From Macrostomum lignano (lineage: Eukaryota), in NCBI GenBank assembly GCA_002269645.1, contig NIVC01000289.1, positions 49,182-113,181 on the forward strand: a DNA stretch of 64,000 nt, given 5' to 3'. Of the stretch, positions 1-11,011 are shown piece after piece; within the stretch, counting starts at the first letter, position 1, and each line of letters opens with the position of its first letter. The notes beneath the pieces are model-generated. The model did no database searches. It was not told where the DNA came from and saw only the letters and a program-made list of their open reading frames with translations. Made by a program: the position numbers and the translations under genes.

Positions 1-487
1 AGTCTCCCCATAGCACTGAGCATGGGTGTCCCTGAGTCTCCCCATAGCACTGAGCATGGGTGTCCCTGAGTCTCCCCATAGCACTGAGCATGGGTGTCCC
101 TGAGTCTCCCCATAGCACTGAGCAGGGGTGTCCCTGAGTCTCCCCATAGCACTGAGCAGGGGTGTCCCTGAGTCTCCCATAGCACTGAGCAGGGGTGTCC
201 CTGAGTCTCCCATAGCACTGAGCAGGGGTGTCCCTCTGTCTCCCATAGCACTGAGCATGGGTGTCCCTGAGTCTCCCATAGCACTGAGCATGGGTGTCCC
301 TGAGTCTCCCCATAGCACTGAGCATGGGTGTCCCTGAGTCTCCCCATAGCACTGAGCATGGGTGTCCCTGAGTCTCCCATAGCAATGAGCAGGGGTGTCC
401 CTGAGTCTCCCATAGCACTGAGCAGGGGTGTCCCTGAGTCTCCCATAGCACTGAGCATGGGTGTCCCTGAGTCTCCCATAGCACTGC
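1..487. repeat. 33-34 bp minisatellite (GTGTCCCTGAGTCTCCCATAGCACTGAGCATGG), about 14 copies, runs off the window start; intronic to the PIAS gene
   Basis: Direct tandem periodicity. The ORFs 128-337 and 328-537 are its 11-aa repeat translations. Confidence 0.95.
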
Positions 488-664
488 CACTGAGTATGAG
501 TGTCCTTGAGTATTTAATAGCACCAATGCTTCTCTAAGTTAATTTCATGTAGCATTTTATAAAATTTTTAATAATGAATATGGTTATTGTCACTATGGAT
601 TTAGTACATGTGCTGCAGTATATTTATATTAATATGTATAATCCCTCTAATCGCCAACCCGCAG

Positions 665-3600
665 AATCAATTCGTTCAATCGCGTATTGCATATGTCTAA
701 GGCTAGCAAACGTGCCAAGAAAAGTACGATAGTATGCCCCTACTGTGTTAGTAATCGGCCACAGAATCAGTTCAAGGGTAGCTTTGACGATTTTTCAATT
801 CACCTGCTATCGATTCACCCGGCCAATGCTCACAAACTGGAAACTATTCGTCGTTGGCACCAAGCCAAATTGGTTGATAGTAAACTATGCAAATTTTGCG
901 ACAGGTTCGAACTGAATCTAATTGCGCATTATCGATCTGCTCATCTGAGTCAGTTTGCCCAGCAGAAATCTGTTCTTACTGGAAAACATGCTACTAAAAC
1001 TGCCAGACTGAAAGCTGCTCAACGTATTGACGAGCTTCGAGCATATATATTTGATGATAAACCGTTGCCACCATATCCGCCGAGTAGTGAGGTTACTAAT
1101 GGTGAGTTTAGTTGCTATTTTTTATTATTCAAGTGTTTTTTTTATATATTTCTGCTATAAGTAAATTAGTTGACAAAAAATCAGTAATATTAATTCTATA
1201 CTGCATTTTTTTAATATTTCTACTATATGTTTAAAATTTAATAAAATTAAATAATAAATAAGAAAATATTGCTTTCTTATTTTTTATTTCTACTATAAGT
1301 AGAATAGTTAATAAAATCAATTTTATTAATTTTATACGTACAATATTTTGTTATTTTTACTGTAAGTATAGTGTCAAGGAAATGCTAACTTTAATCTATA
1401 TGTACCTTTATTTATTTTATAGATTTTTTATAGATCGAAAATTATTGAACGAAATTTTCGCCTCAAACGAAACCACTTGAGCATTTTGCTTTTTGCTTCT
1501 AACACACTCAACCCATCTCTATGGTAAACAAACATTAACAAGTCTAAATAAATTGTCATATAATTGATTGCCTACGCAGGCCCCAACATCCCGTCAACCT
1601 CGGCTGTTTCGACAACTACCGCTGGTCTGTCGTTCTCCCAGCAGCAGCAGCGGCCGCCACGGCCAATCCAGCACAGAATTTATATCAACTACGACGAGGA
1701 TAGCAGCGGCGAAGAGAACGATTGTAGCGTCGTTATGGGCGATATCTTTGCCAACAATAACGGTATTAGCAACAGTTTACCTGCCATAGACCCTGCTGTG
1801 GCTGCCGCTGCCGACTCACTGCTGCATCCGGCTGTGCTGCCCAATGAGCTGACATTTTTTGAGCACGTGGCCACTTTGTTGAAACCTACAGCTCTGCGCC
1901 CTACACGACTGCACGGCATGCTGCCGCATAGGAAAACTGTGAATCTGCATTCAAATGATTGCTGCTTACAGTATCCTTGTTTTCTAATCTCTTATTGTCT
2001 TTTGTAACGTGTCTCTTAGCACCCTTATTGTCTTCTCAATATTTCTCCTCTCCCTTCCCTGTTTCCCTCTCTCTTTCGCTGTCTCTCCCCTCTCTCTCCC
2101 CTGTCTCCCCTCTCTCTCTCCCCTGTCTCTCCCTCTCCCTCCCCTGTCTCCCCTCTCTCTCCTCTGTCTCTCCCCTCTCTCTCCCCTGTCTCCCCCTCTC
2201 CCTCCCCTCTCTCCCCTGTCTCTACCCCTCTCTCTCCTCTCGCTTCTCTGGCTCTCCCTCTCTTTCCCCTGTCTCTCCCTTGCCTTTCTCCCCTCTCCCT
2301 CCCCTTTCTCTTCTCTTTCCTTCCTCTCTCTCACTGTCTCGTCCCTCCTGCCTTCTCCGGGCTATCTCACAACATAGTTCATCTCAAATTACCAGACTTT
2401 CCCTGTCTTCATTTTGTTATCTTAAGTTAGTAAATCTTCTCTACTTAACCTCTCTTTCTCAAATTAATAGGCTTTTAATCTCACTATAACCTGAATATAA
2501 TTTTTAACCCTTAACAATTCTCTTTCCATGCTAGGCGTCGTGCCATATGGAGTTCTGCCTCACACAACAGCAGGCGGAGTCCGTGGCTTTGATGCGCACC
2601 AGAGATCCAACCACCGGCCGGTCAGTTAATGGCATGCAAATTCTGTTGCGCTGTTTCAAATCCGAGTCCGGACCGCAGGCCGATTCGTTTCCGCATTGCG
2701 TCAGCTTTTTTGTCAATAATCAGCCGGTAATGGGACTGCCCGACCCGCTGCCTTGCCGGTTTTCCGGCGCCGATCCGATTATACCAGGCGCGCCTATCGA
2801 TATTTCCGGTAGGCTGGCAGCCCTGCCGAAGAATGATTTCTGAATACTTTGCGAACTGAATTAACTAAATCATAGAATGCACAGGGGCGTGCAGGGAATC
2901 CCCAAGCAACCGTAGAGTGTACATTAGTGTCAGAGAATCCCCAGTCGACCATAGCATGTACATTGGCGTGCAGGGAATCCCCAATTAACCGTAGAATGTA
3001 CATTGGCGTGCGGGGAATCCAAATCAACCGTAGAATGTACATTGGCGTGCAGGGAATCCCCAATTAACCGTAGAATGTACATTGGCGTGCGGGGAATCCA
3101 AATCAACCGTAGAATGTACATTGGCGTGTGGGGAATTCCCAAATCAACCGTAGAATGTGCATTGGCGTGCGAGTCCGCAATCTACCGCAGAATAGAACCT
3201 TTAACACATTCACCCGCAGGTCTCTGTCGAGTTGGCAATTCTGCTATCAATCGTCTGCGAGTGAGCTGGCTACACCGAATCCTGGGCGCCGGTCACTGCC
3301 TGTCAATCACTCTGGCTCGTGTTGTCACGCCCAACGAGCTCACTAAGCGGTTGCTATCCAGTTCAAATAAAGTTCGCTCCGTCAGCGAAACTCTGCAACA
3401 GATTCGTCAACTGCTACTTATTGACGATAATAGCAACGGAGCGGATGCGGCTGTTGCCATGACAACGCTAACCGCTTCGTTGCGCTGCCCGTTGTCGCGA
3501 ACCAGAATCGAGCTTCCAGTTCGCGGCCTTGATTGTCGTCACGTGCAGTGCTTCGACGCCCGGACCTACTTGTCGATGAACGAGCGGAAGTCCACCTGGC

Positions 3601-4088
3601 GGTGCCCCTGCTGCGACCGGCCCGCCCCATTTGCCAGTCTTCGCGTCGACGCTCACTTCCAGTCAGTGCTTGCCGACGCCCCTGTCAACGTTGACTCCGT
3701 GCGTTTCCTAGACGACGGCACCTGGCAACCGATTGAAGATTCAACACCGACTGTTGGCAGTTCCGAATCCAGCGTAGCAGCGCCGGTAGGCAAGTCTAGC
3801 CTGGTGATTGACAGCATCGCCATTCCCGACGATGAAGATAGCAATGTTGAGAAAAAGGGTCCAAGCGTTACGAACAACAACAATAACAACAAGAACAAGC
3901 AGTCAAAGCGGCATGACGCATCAAAGACGCATCATGAACATCAGGCTGTCGCTCCACCAGCGGCTAAGCGAGGCCGCTTAAGTGCGCCCAGCCTTGGCAA
4001 CAGTCACCATCGGCGACGAGCTGCGAGCTCGGTGGAGCAGCTGCAGCAGCATGTGCTAACCGTGGATCTCACTGGCGACTCCGACTAA
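665..4088 (+). CDS. PIAS: PIAS-family SUMO E3 ligase (PINIT + SP-RING/MIZ finger + C-terminal SIM), 5'-incomplete
   Basis: Exons 665-1101, 1580-1938 (or -1970, see findings), 2535-2808 and 3220-4088 (TAA). Phases match at 1101/1580 (phase 1) and 2808/3220 (phase 1). The spliced protein has HPAVLPNELTFFEHVATLLKPTAL, FCLTQQQ, QILLRCF and the PINIT-equivalent PIDISGLCR. It has the SP-RING CPLSRTRIELPVRGLDCRHVQCFD...WRCPCCD and a terminal SIM-like VLTVDLTGDSD. Confidence 0.93.
2045..2350. repeat. CT-rich low-complexity/microsatellite tract in a PIAS intron
   Basis: Pyrimidine-only CTCTCCC-type repeats. Confidence 0.9.
2885..3185. repeat. 39-40 bp minisatellite (AACCGTAGAATGTACATTGGCGTGCAGGGAATCCCCAATT), about 7 copies, in a PIAS intron
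   Basis: Tandem periodicity; 13-aa repeats in the overlapping ORFs. Confidence 0.9.
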
Positions 4089-4635
4089 TTAATTCCTATA
4101 AATTTTTTCTTCAAAATCTTCAATGGATTGCATTTGACCAACATGGCTTATCAATTTGTGTTTACCAACACTTGACCCGCTAAAGAAGGTTACCTTGACA
4201 AGAATCGCTAAGGAGTCATTGCGAACAACTCACTAGTGAGTCTTGTTTACTTTTTTACGACTCAAACCACTGTCACGTGAGTTGCAGAATCGTTTAAATA
4301 GTCGCGTAAAAGTCGTCCAACAGTCGTTGTGTTGGCGCTTATCTTTCTACTGACTTAAGTAGACTAAATAGAGTTGTTATAAATATTCATAAAGTGACGC
4401 AGAAGCGTTTTAGACGCATCTCGAAGATTTTACAGCGACTCCGGTACGCCTCAGATACAACTATACGGCCCCCAGAGTCCGTTCTTGAGTCGCAGACAAT
4501 GAAACGCCTCAAATTTAATCCTAGGCGACTCTTTTGACGCCTTTCACCGTGGCATCTCGTCGTTTTAAAGTCGTCTAGAGTCGCTTCTTTCCTATTTTAC
4601 CTGTGTTATCTGCAACGAATCTGGGGCGACGCAAA

Positions 4636-4929
4636 CATACATGCGCAACCTCCAAAATTCGGTCGGCCATGCGACTTAGTTTTAACAAAAATGTGACGTA
4701 GTTTTTGGCCAAAAATGCAACTTACATGTAATAAAAACCCTAAAGCAAAATTAACGCAACTTTGGGTAAACGGCAGGAGTAACTATGAATGTCTTATTAG
4801 GTCAAAATGCCTCGTCAGCTACTTAGTACTACTGGTATTTTTTCGGGTGGGCATTTTTGCGACTTCCTTGATTGGCTGCCAAATCGGTCGGCCGGATCGG
4901 CCGACTCGGCCGACTGTTGCGCATGTATG
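4636..4929. mobile_element. Possible small non-autonomous DNA element (MITE)
   Basis: Perfect 14-bp inverted repeat CATACATGCGCAAC (4636-4649) / GTTGCGCATGTATG (4916-4929). No TSD resolved. Confidence 0.35.
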
Positions 4930-5686
4930 GACGCAAATGACTCTGAAACGCAATTCTTGGCCCATAGTTACCGTTCTTATCGGTCTATCTTGAACTATTG
5001 AAGTAGGAATTATTGAATAATTATTATAAACAAACTGATTGTAACAAGTGCATTTTTGCTGTATTAGCCAAACTTTCAGATGTGAAGTATGAAATGGAAT
5101 AATATATATACTCGTGTTAGTAGTATATGTAAGTAGGTATTGATCGCTTTAACTTTGTACTTTAATATTTTTGTTCGAACACTGGTAGCACTATATGTGC
5201 TAGTGGAAGGCTGTACTATTTATGTCCCCCATTTACATGTACTTGAATTACATACCGATGATCATATTTAGATAGTTCATTTTTAGAAGTAAAAATTAAA
5301 AAAGAATTCAATTTAACCTCATTTGGTCTCAAATTCATTGTAATAATTCAAACTTATTGTAATATTGCTGTGCCTATAAATATATTAGCAGCAATTCGCT
5401 CCTTGATAAAAAAGGCAAATACAATCACGCAATAAAAAGCAAACAAACAATAAGTGCGTGAAACTACTTTTTGAACTAGTTGTCCAACTTTCAGTTGTAG
5501 TACACTCTTTGTTTTTAATATTTTCTTACTATTGTATAAGTTTTGTTACAACTAATAAGGTAATTGTTATATCAGTAAAATAGAAAAAAAATTGTATAAA
5601 TGAACATTTATTGGTATTAATTCAAAGTTATATTTTTAAATAAAAGTAAGTTATAGTCGTAACTTGTTAAGAAATTATTTCTTAGC

Positions 5687-6765
5687 GTCTGTCAGCCAGT
5701 TCAGTAGTTCATGGACCACTAGTCACTACTACGGGTGTCTGTCAGCCAGTTCAGTAGTTCATGGACCACTAGTCACTACTACAGGTGTCTGTCAGCCAGT
5801 TCAGTAGATCATGGACCACTAGTCACTACTACAGGTGTCTGTCAGCCAGTCCAGTAGTTCATGGATCACTAGTCACTACTACAGGTGTCTGTCAGCCAGT
5901 CCAGTAGTTCATGGACCACTAGTCACTACTACAGGTGTCTGTCAGCCAGTCCAGTAGTTCATGGATCACTAGTCACTACTACAGGTGTCCGTCAGCCAGT
6001 CCAGTAGTTCATGGACCACTAGTCACTACTACAGGTGTCTGTCAGCCAGTCCAGTAGTTCATGGACCACTAGTCACTACTACAGGTGTCTGTCAGCCAGT
6101 TCAGTAGTTCATGGACCACTAGTCACTACTACAGGTGTCTGTCAGCCAGTTCAGTAGTTCATGGACCACTAGTCACTACTACAGGTGTCTGTCAGCCAGT
6201 TCAGTAGATCATGGACCACTAGTCACTACTACAGGTGTCTGTCAGCCAGTCCAGTAGTTCATGGATCACTAGTCACTACTACAGGTGTCTGTCAGCCAGT
6301 TCAGTAGATCATGGACCACTAGTCACTACTACAGGTGTCTGTCAGCCAGTTCAGTAGTTCATGGACCACTAGTCACTACTACAGGTGTCTGTCAGCCAGT
6401 TCAGTAGATCATGGATCACTAGTCACTACTACAGGTGTCTGTCAGCCAGTTCAATAGTTCATGGACCACTAGTCACTACTACAGGTGTCTGTCAGCCAGT
6501 TCAGTAGATCATGGACCACTAGTCACTACTACAGGTGTCTGTCAGCCAGTTCAGTAGATCATGGACCACTAGTCACTACTACAGGTGTCTGTCAGCCAGT
6601 CCAGTAGTTCATGGATCACTAGTCACTACTACAGGTGTCTGTCAGCCAGTCCAGTAGTTCATGGACCACTAGTCACTACTACAGGTGTCTGTCAGCCAGT
6701 TCAGTAGATCATGGACTACTAGTCACTACTACAGGTGTCTGTCAGCCAGTCCAGTAGTTCATGCA
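5687..6765. repeat. 50-bp tandem repeat (ACAGGTGTCTGTCAGCCAGTTCAGTAGTTCATGGACCACTAGTCACTACT), about 21 near-identical copies
   Basis: Exact 50-bp period with no spacers. Confidence 0.97.
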
Positions 6766-7221
6766 TCATGGATGCTCTGACTTAATCTGGACAAGTACCC
6801 CATGAGCCTTGATATCTCAGAAATTCCTCAATGAGTCTTTGACATCTCGGCAGTTCAGGTTTGGTAAATCATTGTGGAAGGAAATTGTTTCACAGCAGCA
6901 GCATGCAGCGCTACGTAAGATGCACGATTGAGATGCATAGCAACCAAGAGACAGTCGCGACTGCTGTTAAAACGCTCGCATTAACGGAATTGCCAACAAA
7001 TGCGAGTGAACCCTTTGCAATTATTATCAACGAGCTAGTCAATCGGGATTTTTTTCTAGCTCTAGGCGCTAAAAGCAGTTTGTTTGACGAGTGATAATCA
7101 TCTATCTGATTCAATCATCAATGCTTTACACTTGTAATTTCTGCACAGATCTATCTGTGATTTAAAAGCATCAAACAATTAGATAAGAGCGTTGATTTTT
7201 TTATCGACAGAGGGGACGATA

Positions 7222-8157
7222 ATGGAGAAATGGACTGGGTGGTTGGCTGTCTTACCTGCGATAGCTTTTGCTTGACTTGAGCACCTGCATCCTCCATCGC
7301 ACCTGTCTGAGCGGACCCTCACTTGCCCGGCTATCTCCATTCTGCAGTGCGTCTTTTCGAGTCGACTGCAAAATCTGCCTGGCATTGCGGTTGTCCAATG
7401 GAACTCGCAAACTGACACCTGTTTGCTCTTTCTATTCAGCCGAGTCTGCCACCTGCTCAACCTGAGCAGCCCCGCTGACGGGTCGTCAGACGAGGCCAAC
7501 TCGTGCGAGCTCGTTGTGGACTCAGAGCTGGACGTTCTCACTGCCAATCAGCACTTTGCGTCGTATGGCTCGGAGGCAGGGGCGGGCAGCTCGAGAACCT
7601 CGTGTGCAGCGATGGCGGAGAAAAAAAATGTCATCGAGCACACCGGAAGGACGGCCTGACATCCAGGATGTGGGTAAGCGACACCAGCGGATTCGACTTC
7701 TCCAACAGCTTCACATTTCTAATGGAGCTGAAGAGGCAGCCGAAATCGAGCCCCTTGATCGAGCTCACCGACTGCAACTCTTACTCCTGGGCTTCGCAAC
7801 ACTTCTGGGAATGGGACCCTCTCGAGATGACTCGCAAGCTCTATATTCAAACTGGGCAACACTGGAACTTTTTCTCCACTATCCAGCAGGTGCTCCCAGT
7901 CCGAAGCGACCAGTTCGTTCGAGTCGGGTCGATGACCATCATGAACAGGACCTGACTGTTCGTCGATGGGTCCTTGATTCCCGACAACCATGCAAAGTGT
8001 CTATCCGCGACGGAGACCAGCTCAAAATCGACAACTTCTGCATGAAGATCGGTTGTGGCGTCAGCTGACTGGCTCGTTCACCAAAATCAACGGCACCGTG
8101 AAGATGCTGGCCGTGTCCAACTTCTACCTGACCGCCGATCATCAACCGGCTGTTTAA
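7222..8157 (+). pseudogene. Interrupted intronless gene for a putative secreted protein (signal peptide + PAN/apple-like + LamG/ConA-like), about 310 aa
   Basis: ATG 7222 begins MEKWTGWLAVLPAIAFA, followed by an in-frame TGA at 7273. The same frame continues CPAISILQCVFSS...VVQWNSQTDTCLLF (PAN-like). Three -1 shifts (near 7640, 7950 and 8060) then join FDFSNSFTFLMELK...QHWNFF...VRRWVLDS...FCMKIGCG-QLTGSFTKINGTVKMLAVSNFYLTADHQPAV* (TAA 8155-8157). Domain calls are by eye only. Confidence 0.5.
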
Positions 8158-8234
8158 CTAAGTACGTGAGCAGATCCTACTCGTAACTGGACTAAGAACG
8201 TTTTTAGGCTGGGACATAGTATGTACGGTAAAGC

Positions 8235-8620
8235 TCTGTGACTCTTACAAATTTAACTCAGCTTTCAATTCAATTCAGCAGAGCCAGAATCTATCAGATG
8301 TTGAGATGTTCTCGTATCTCCAAAGCTGCTTTAGAGGCGAAAAAGAAGTTGTGCATTGAGAACCTTCAATTTACAGCTTGCGATTACCATGCACACTATA
8401 CCTGCATGGGAGCTGCTGGAGGACCGGTACAGATCGGTAGACAACTTAGTTCACCACTTTATGAAGACGCTCCAGGCAGCTCGCTGTGTGCATGGATCAG
8501 ATTAAAAAACATAGCCTTTCGAGCTTCTGCAGACCCCTGTGTGTGAATATACGAAGTTCTGCTAATGCCTTATTTGGAAGCCAAACTGCCCGGCTCTGTC
8601 TGAGAATATGTAACTGCGCT
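8235..8620 (+). mobile_element. Degenerate BEL/Pao LTR-retrotransposon gag fragment (DUF1759-like)
   Basis: Across frameshifts the sequence reads FNSAFNSIQQSQNLSDVEMFSYLQSCFRGE / IENLQFTACDY / AWELLEDRYRSVDNLVHHFMKTLQ / YEVLLMPYLEAKLP. This matches the LSDVEKF.YL...AWELL.ERY...LP signature of BEL/Pao Gag. Confidence 0.75.
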
Positions 8621-9360
8621 CAATTCTGACTTCCACCAAGGACTCAAATTAGGGCCAGCTACGGATCGAGTGGACGCAGCTGTCAACTCTGCTGCTATCC
8701 TCAAATAGCTCGATCCTACGCAGCTTGAGCGGCTCTCCAGCTCAAACATACCCAAGGAAGTGCTGCCTTGCATGACGAGTTAAAATTACATCGCGCTCGC
8801 TGTATCACGTGTTGCACACAGCTTCTCTCCTGGACAGGCTGGCAAGGAGCTCCGGCCGGGTGAGCACAACTTTTTTGGAGAGGCGTCTGTTGCGGAGTTT
8901 GACCACTCGATCTTCAGGGTCAACTCTTCGTTACACTAAAGTAAAAATCAGGTAAAAAAGGTGTTGTGTTACAGTACACTGAGCTTGCATTGATCAATGT
9001 TCAAAAGGCTTGAACGCGTATATTATTTATTTATGCAAAGAAAATGGTCGAATACATCTCCGTTTATACTGGAGGAGGCGCTTGAAGATTTGCGCGACCA
9101 CTGCCGCCTCAACGGCTGCGCAATTGTTAATGAGCATGCAGTCTGACGCCAATTAGTGAATCGGGTATGTTATGCTTTCATCCTCACCTCAATTGGGCAT
9201 TTACTTTCATCGCAAAATAAGATTCCATGCAGTGTCTGCTGGCCGTCGGCTCCGCTATGATGCGATTTACGATGATGACGCTATTGGGACATGCATGTGG
9301 CTGCTCCTCGCGCAGGGCGCTGGTCTGTCTCAAGTTAAGCTACAAATGTAGCTACCAGCA

Positions 9361-9998
9361 GTAGAATGCATGAGGGGGCTTCTGGGACAAAATTTTTAAC
9401 GTCCTCCATAATCCCATTAAATCCATCCATATAATCCCCGACAGAATCAGAGCATAACCGGTGTCCTACTGTTATGCTCAGAGCATAAACTCTCTGAGCA
9501 TAACAGCTCCAAATCCACCCATAGCATCTTCGAAACAATCAGAAAAGAATCTGCATTCTTCTCCCCACATTCAATCCGCAACGCGAAACCAGATCCCTAA
9601 GACTTTAAATCATCAGCGCAGGGTGCTTATCCTTTGAAAAAAATTAAATTCTTCATAAAAATGTTTCCAGTTGTCTCTCCAGGTTCTTATTACAAAGCGC
9701 ATGAGCCTAATTACAAAAGTAAAGTACCAAATGCAAACTTGAATGCAGCGAATACATGAGAAAATATATTGACCCGGCGTTGATATCAATGTCCCTAATA
9801 TTAATCTAGCTCTCCAAAGACACTGGTTTCGTAAGTATGGAGTACCCTACGTAAAAGATTACGACAGCTACTATAACTTTGCAGAAATCATTAGGCAATT
9901 ATGATTTCTTACATTCTCTCAATGATAATATGGATGGATTTTATGGGATTATGGAGGACGTTAAAATTTTGTCCCAGAAGCCCCCTCATGCATTCTAC
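9361..9998. mobile_element. Non-autonomous TIR element (MITE), about 72-bp near-perfect TIRs, exact TSD
   Basis: TIR GTAGAATGCATGAGGGGGCTTCTGGGAC...CCATCCATAT (9361-9432) is mirrored at about 9929-9998. TSD TACCAGCA lies at 9353-9360 and 9999-10006. An alternative parse gives a 10-bp TSD CTACCAGCAG with TIRs starting TAG. Confidence 0.9.
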
Positions 9999-10790
9999 TA
10001 CCAGCAGAGCGCCGCGGTAAAATCGTGCATCTCGCAGCAGAGATTATACACTGTGAGTAGAGGCATATCACATCGTGTACAGAGAGAGTACAAGGGGAGA
10101 ATTCATCGGACACGTACGCAGGACAATTGTGGCGGCCATCGTGAATGACAAGGACCCCTGTAGTAAACGAGCTAGACATGAAACTCAAAGATTATAATTT
10201 TTACGAGGCTAATTTCCTGGATAAAATACACTGCAGATCGATCAGATATGGGACAATTTTTTTCATCACAAAATTTACGATTGCGTTTGATCTGGGGCAG
10301 CTTGAAGATTACGATCATCGACATCCGCGGATGGCTTTCGACTGCGATGACCACTACGATCAGCCCGCCTACTTTTCAAGCCGATGAAGGCGTACACCTT
10401 TCTGGAACCGGCCGTCCTCGCGGCAGGCTAAGACCCCGGCCGTAGGATAATACACAAGGACGACTAAAGTAACGTATAATCTACTTAAGTAGTCCTTTGA
10501 TAATACTACACACATTTCTTTAATTTAGCATGCACATAAAATGTTACTCTGTTGTGATGTAGGCGCGACTCCTGCCCCCCCCCCATGCACTAATTTTTGT
10601 GCACCCAGCTTCCTTTTTCCCTAAGCTGTGATTCCCGCGCCTCGGCGTGTACGTAAGTCCTTGTTTCGGCACTATACCTACATATATGCAGTAGACTGTC
10701 CTTGTACAGCTGTATGCCTCGCATACCTGAGTCCCTTAATCGGCTATTTCTAATACACAGGGGTCAAGAACCTTCGTCTTTTACAGACCG

Positions 10791-11011
10791 GGAGTCCCGT
10801 CTCGTTAAGTGGGAGTTTTTAACGGGTGTACTCCTGCACAGGTGACTGCATATGGCCCGAGTCGGCCACGCCTGTGGAATGCATCTGTATCCCTTTAAAC
10901 ACCCCGGGCGGGCCCGCTGTCTAGATAAAGGGATCTTGGCCTCAACGTATATAGCTACCGCACCATCCAGAGGCGGACAAAGTCTAAAGGGACGAGACCA
11001 TGGTAGCTGTA
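10791..11011. other. Non-coding island of four consecutive stem-loops (structured RNA or repeat element of unknown class)
   Basis: Stems: GGAGT-CCCGT..GTTAA/TTAAC..GGG..ACTCC (10791-10834); TGCA-CAGG..GGCC/GGCC..CCTG..TGCA (10835-10883); ATCCCTTTA/TAAAGGGAT (10889-10934); AGCTACC/GGTAGCT (10953-11008). Confidence 0.4.

Noticed and set aside
5687-6765. CRISPR-like regular array (also the palindromic 23-bp array at 19905-20640)
   Set aside because: Units are contiguous with no unique spacers, there are no cas genes, and the context is eukaryotic.
7621-7628. Programmed -1 frameshift at the A8 run (A AAA AAT)
   Set aside because: The same gene needs two more shifts and a stop readthrough, and the DOCK breaks have no slippery heptamer. 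Error or decay explains all of them.
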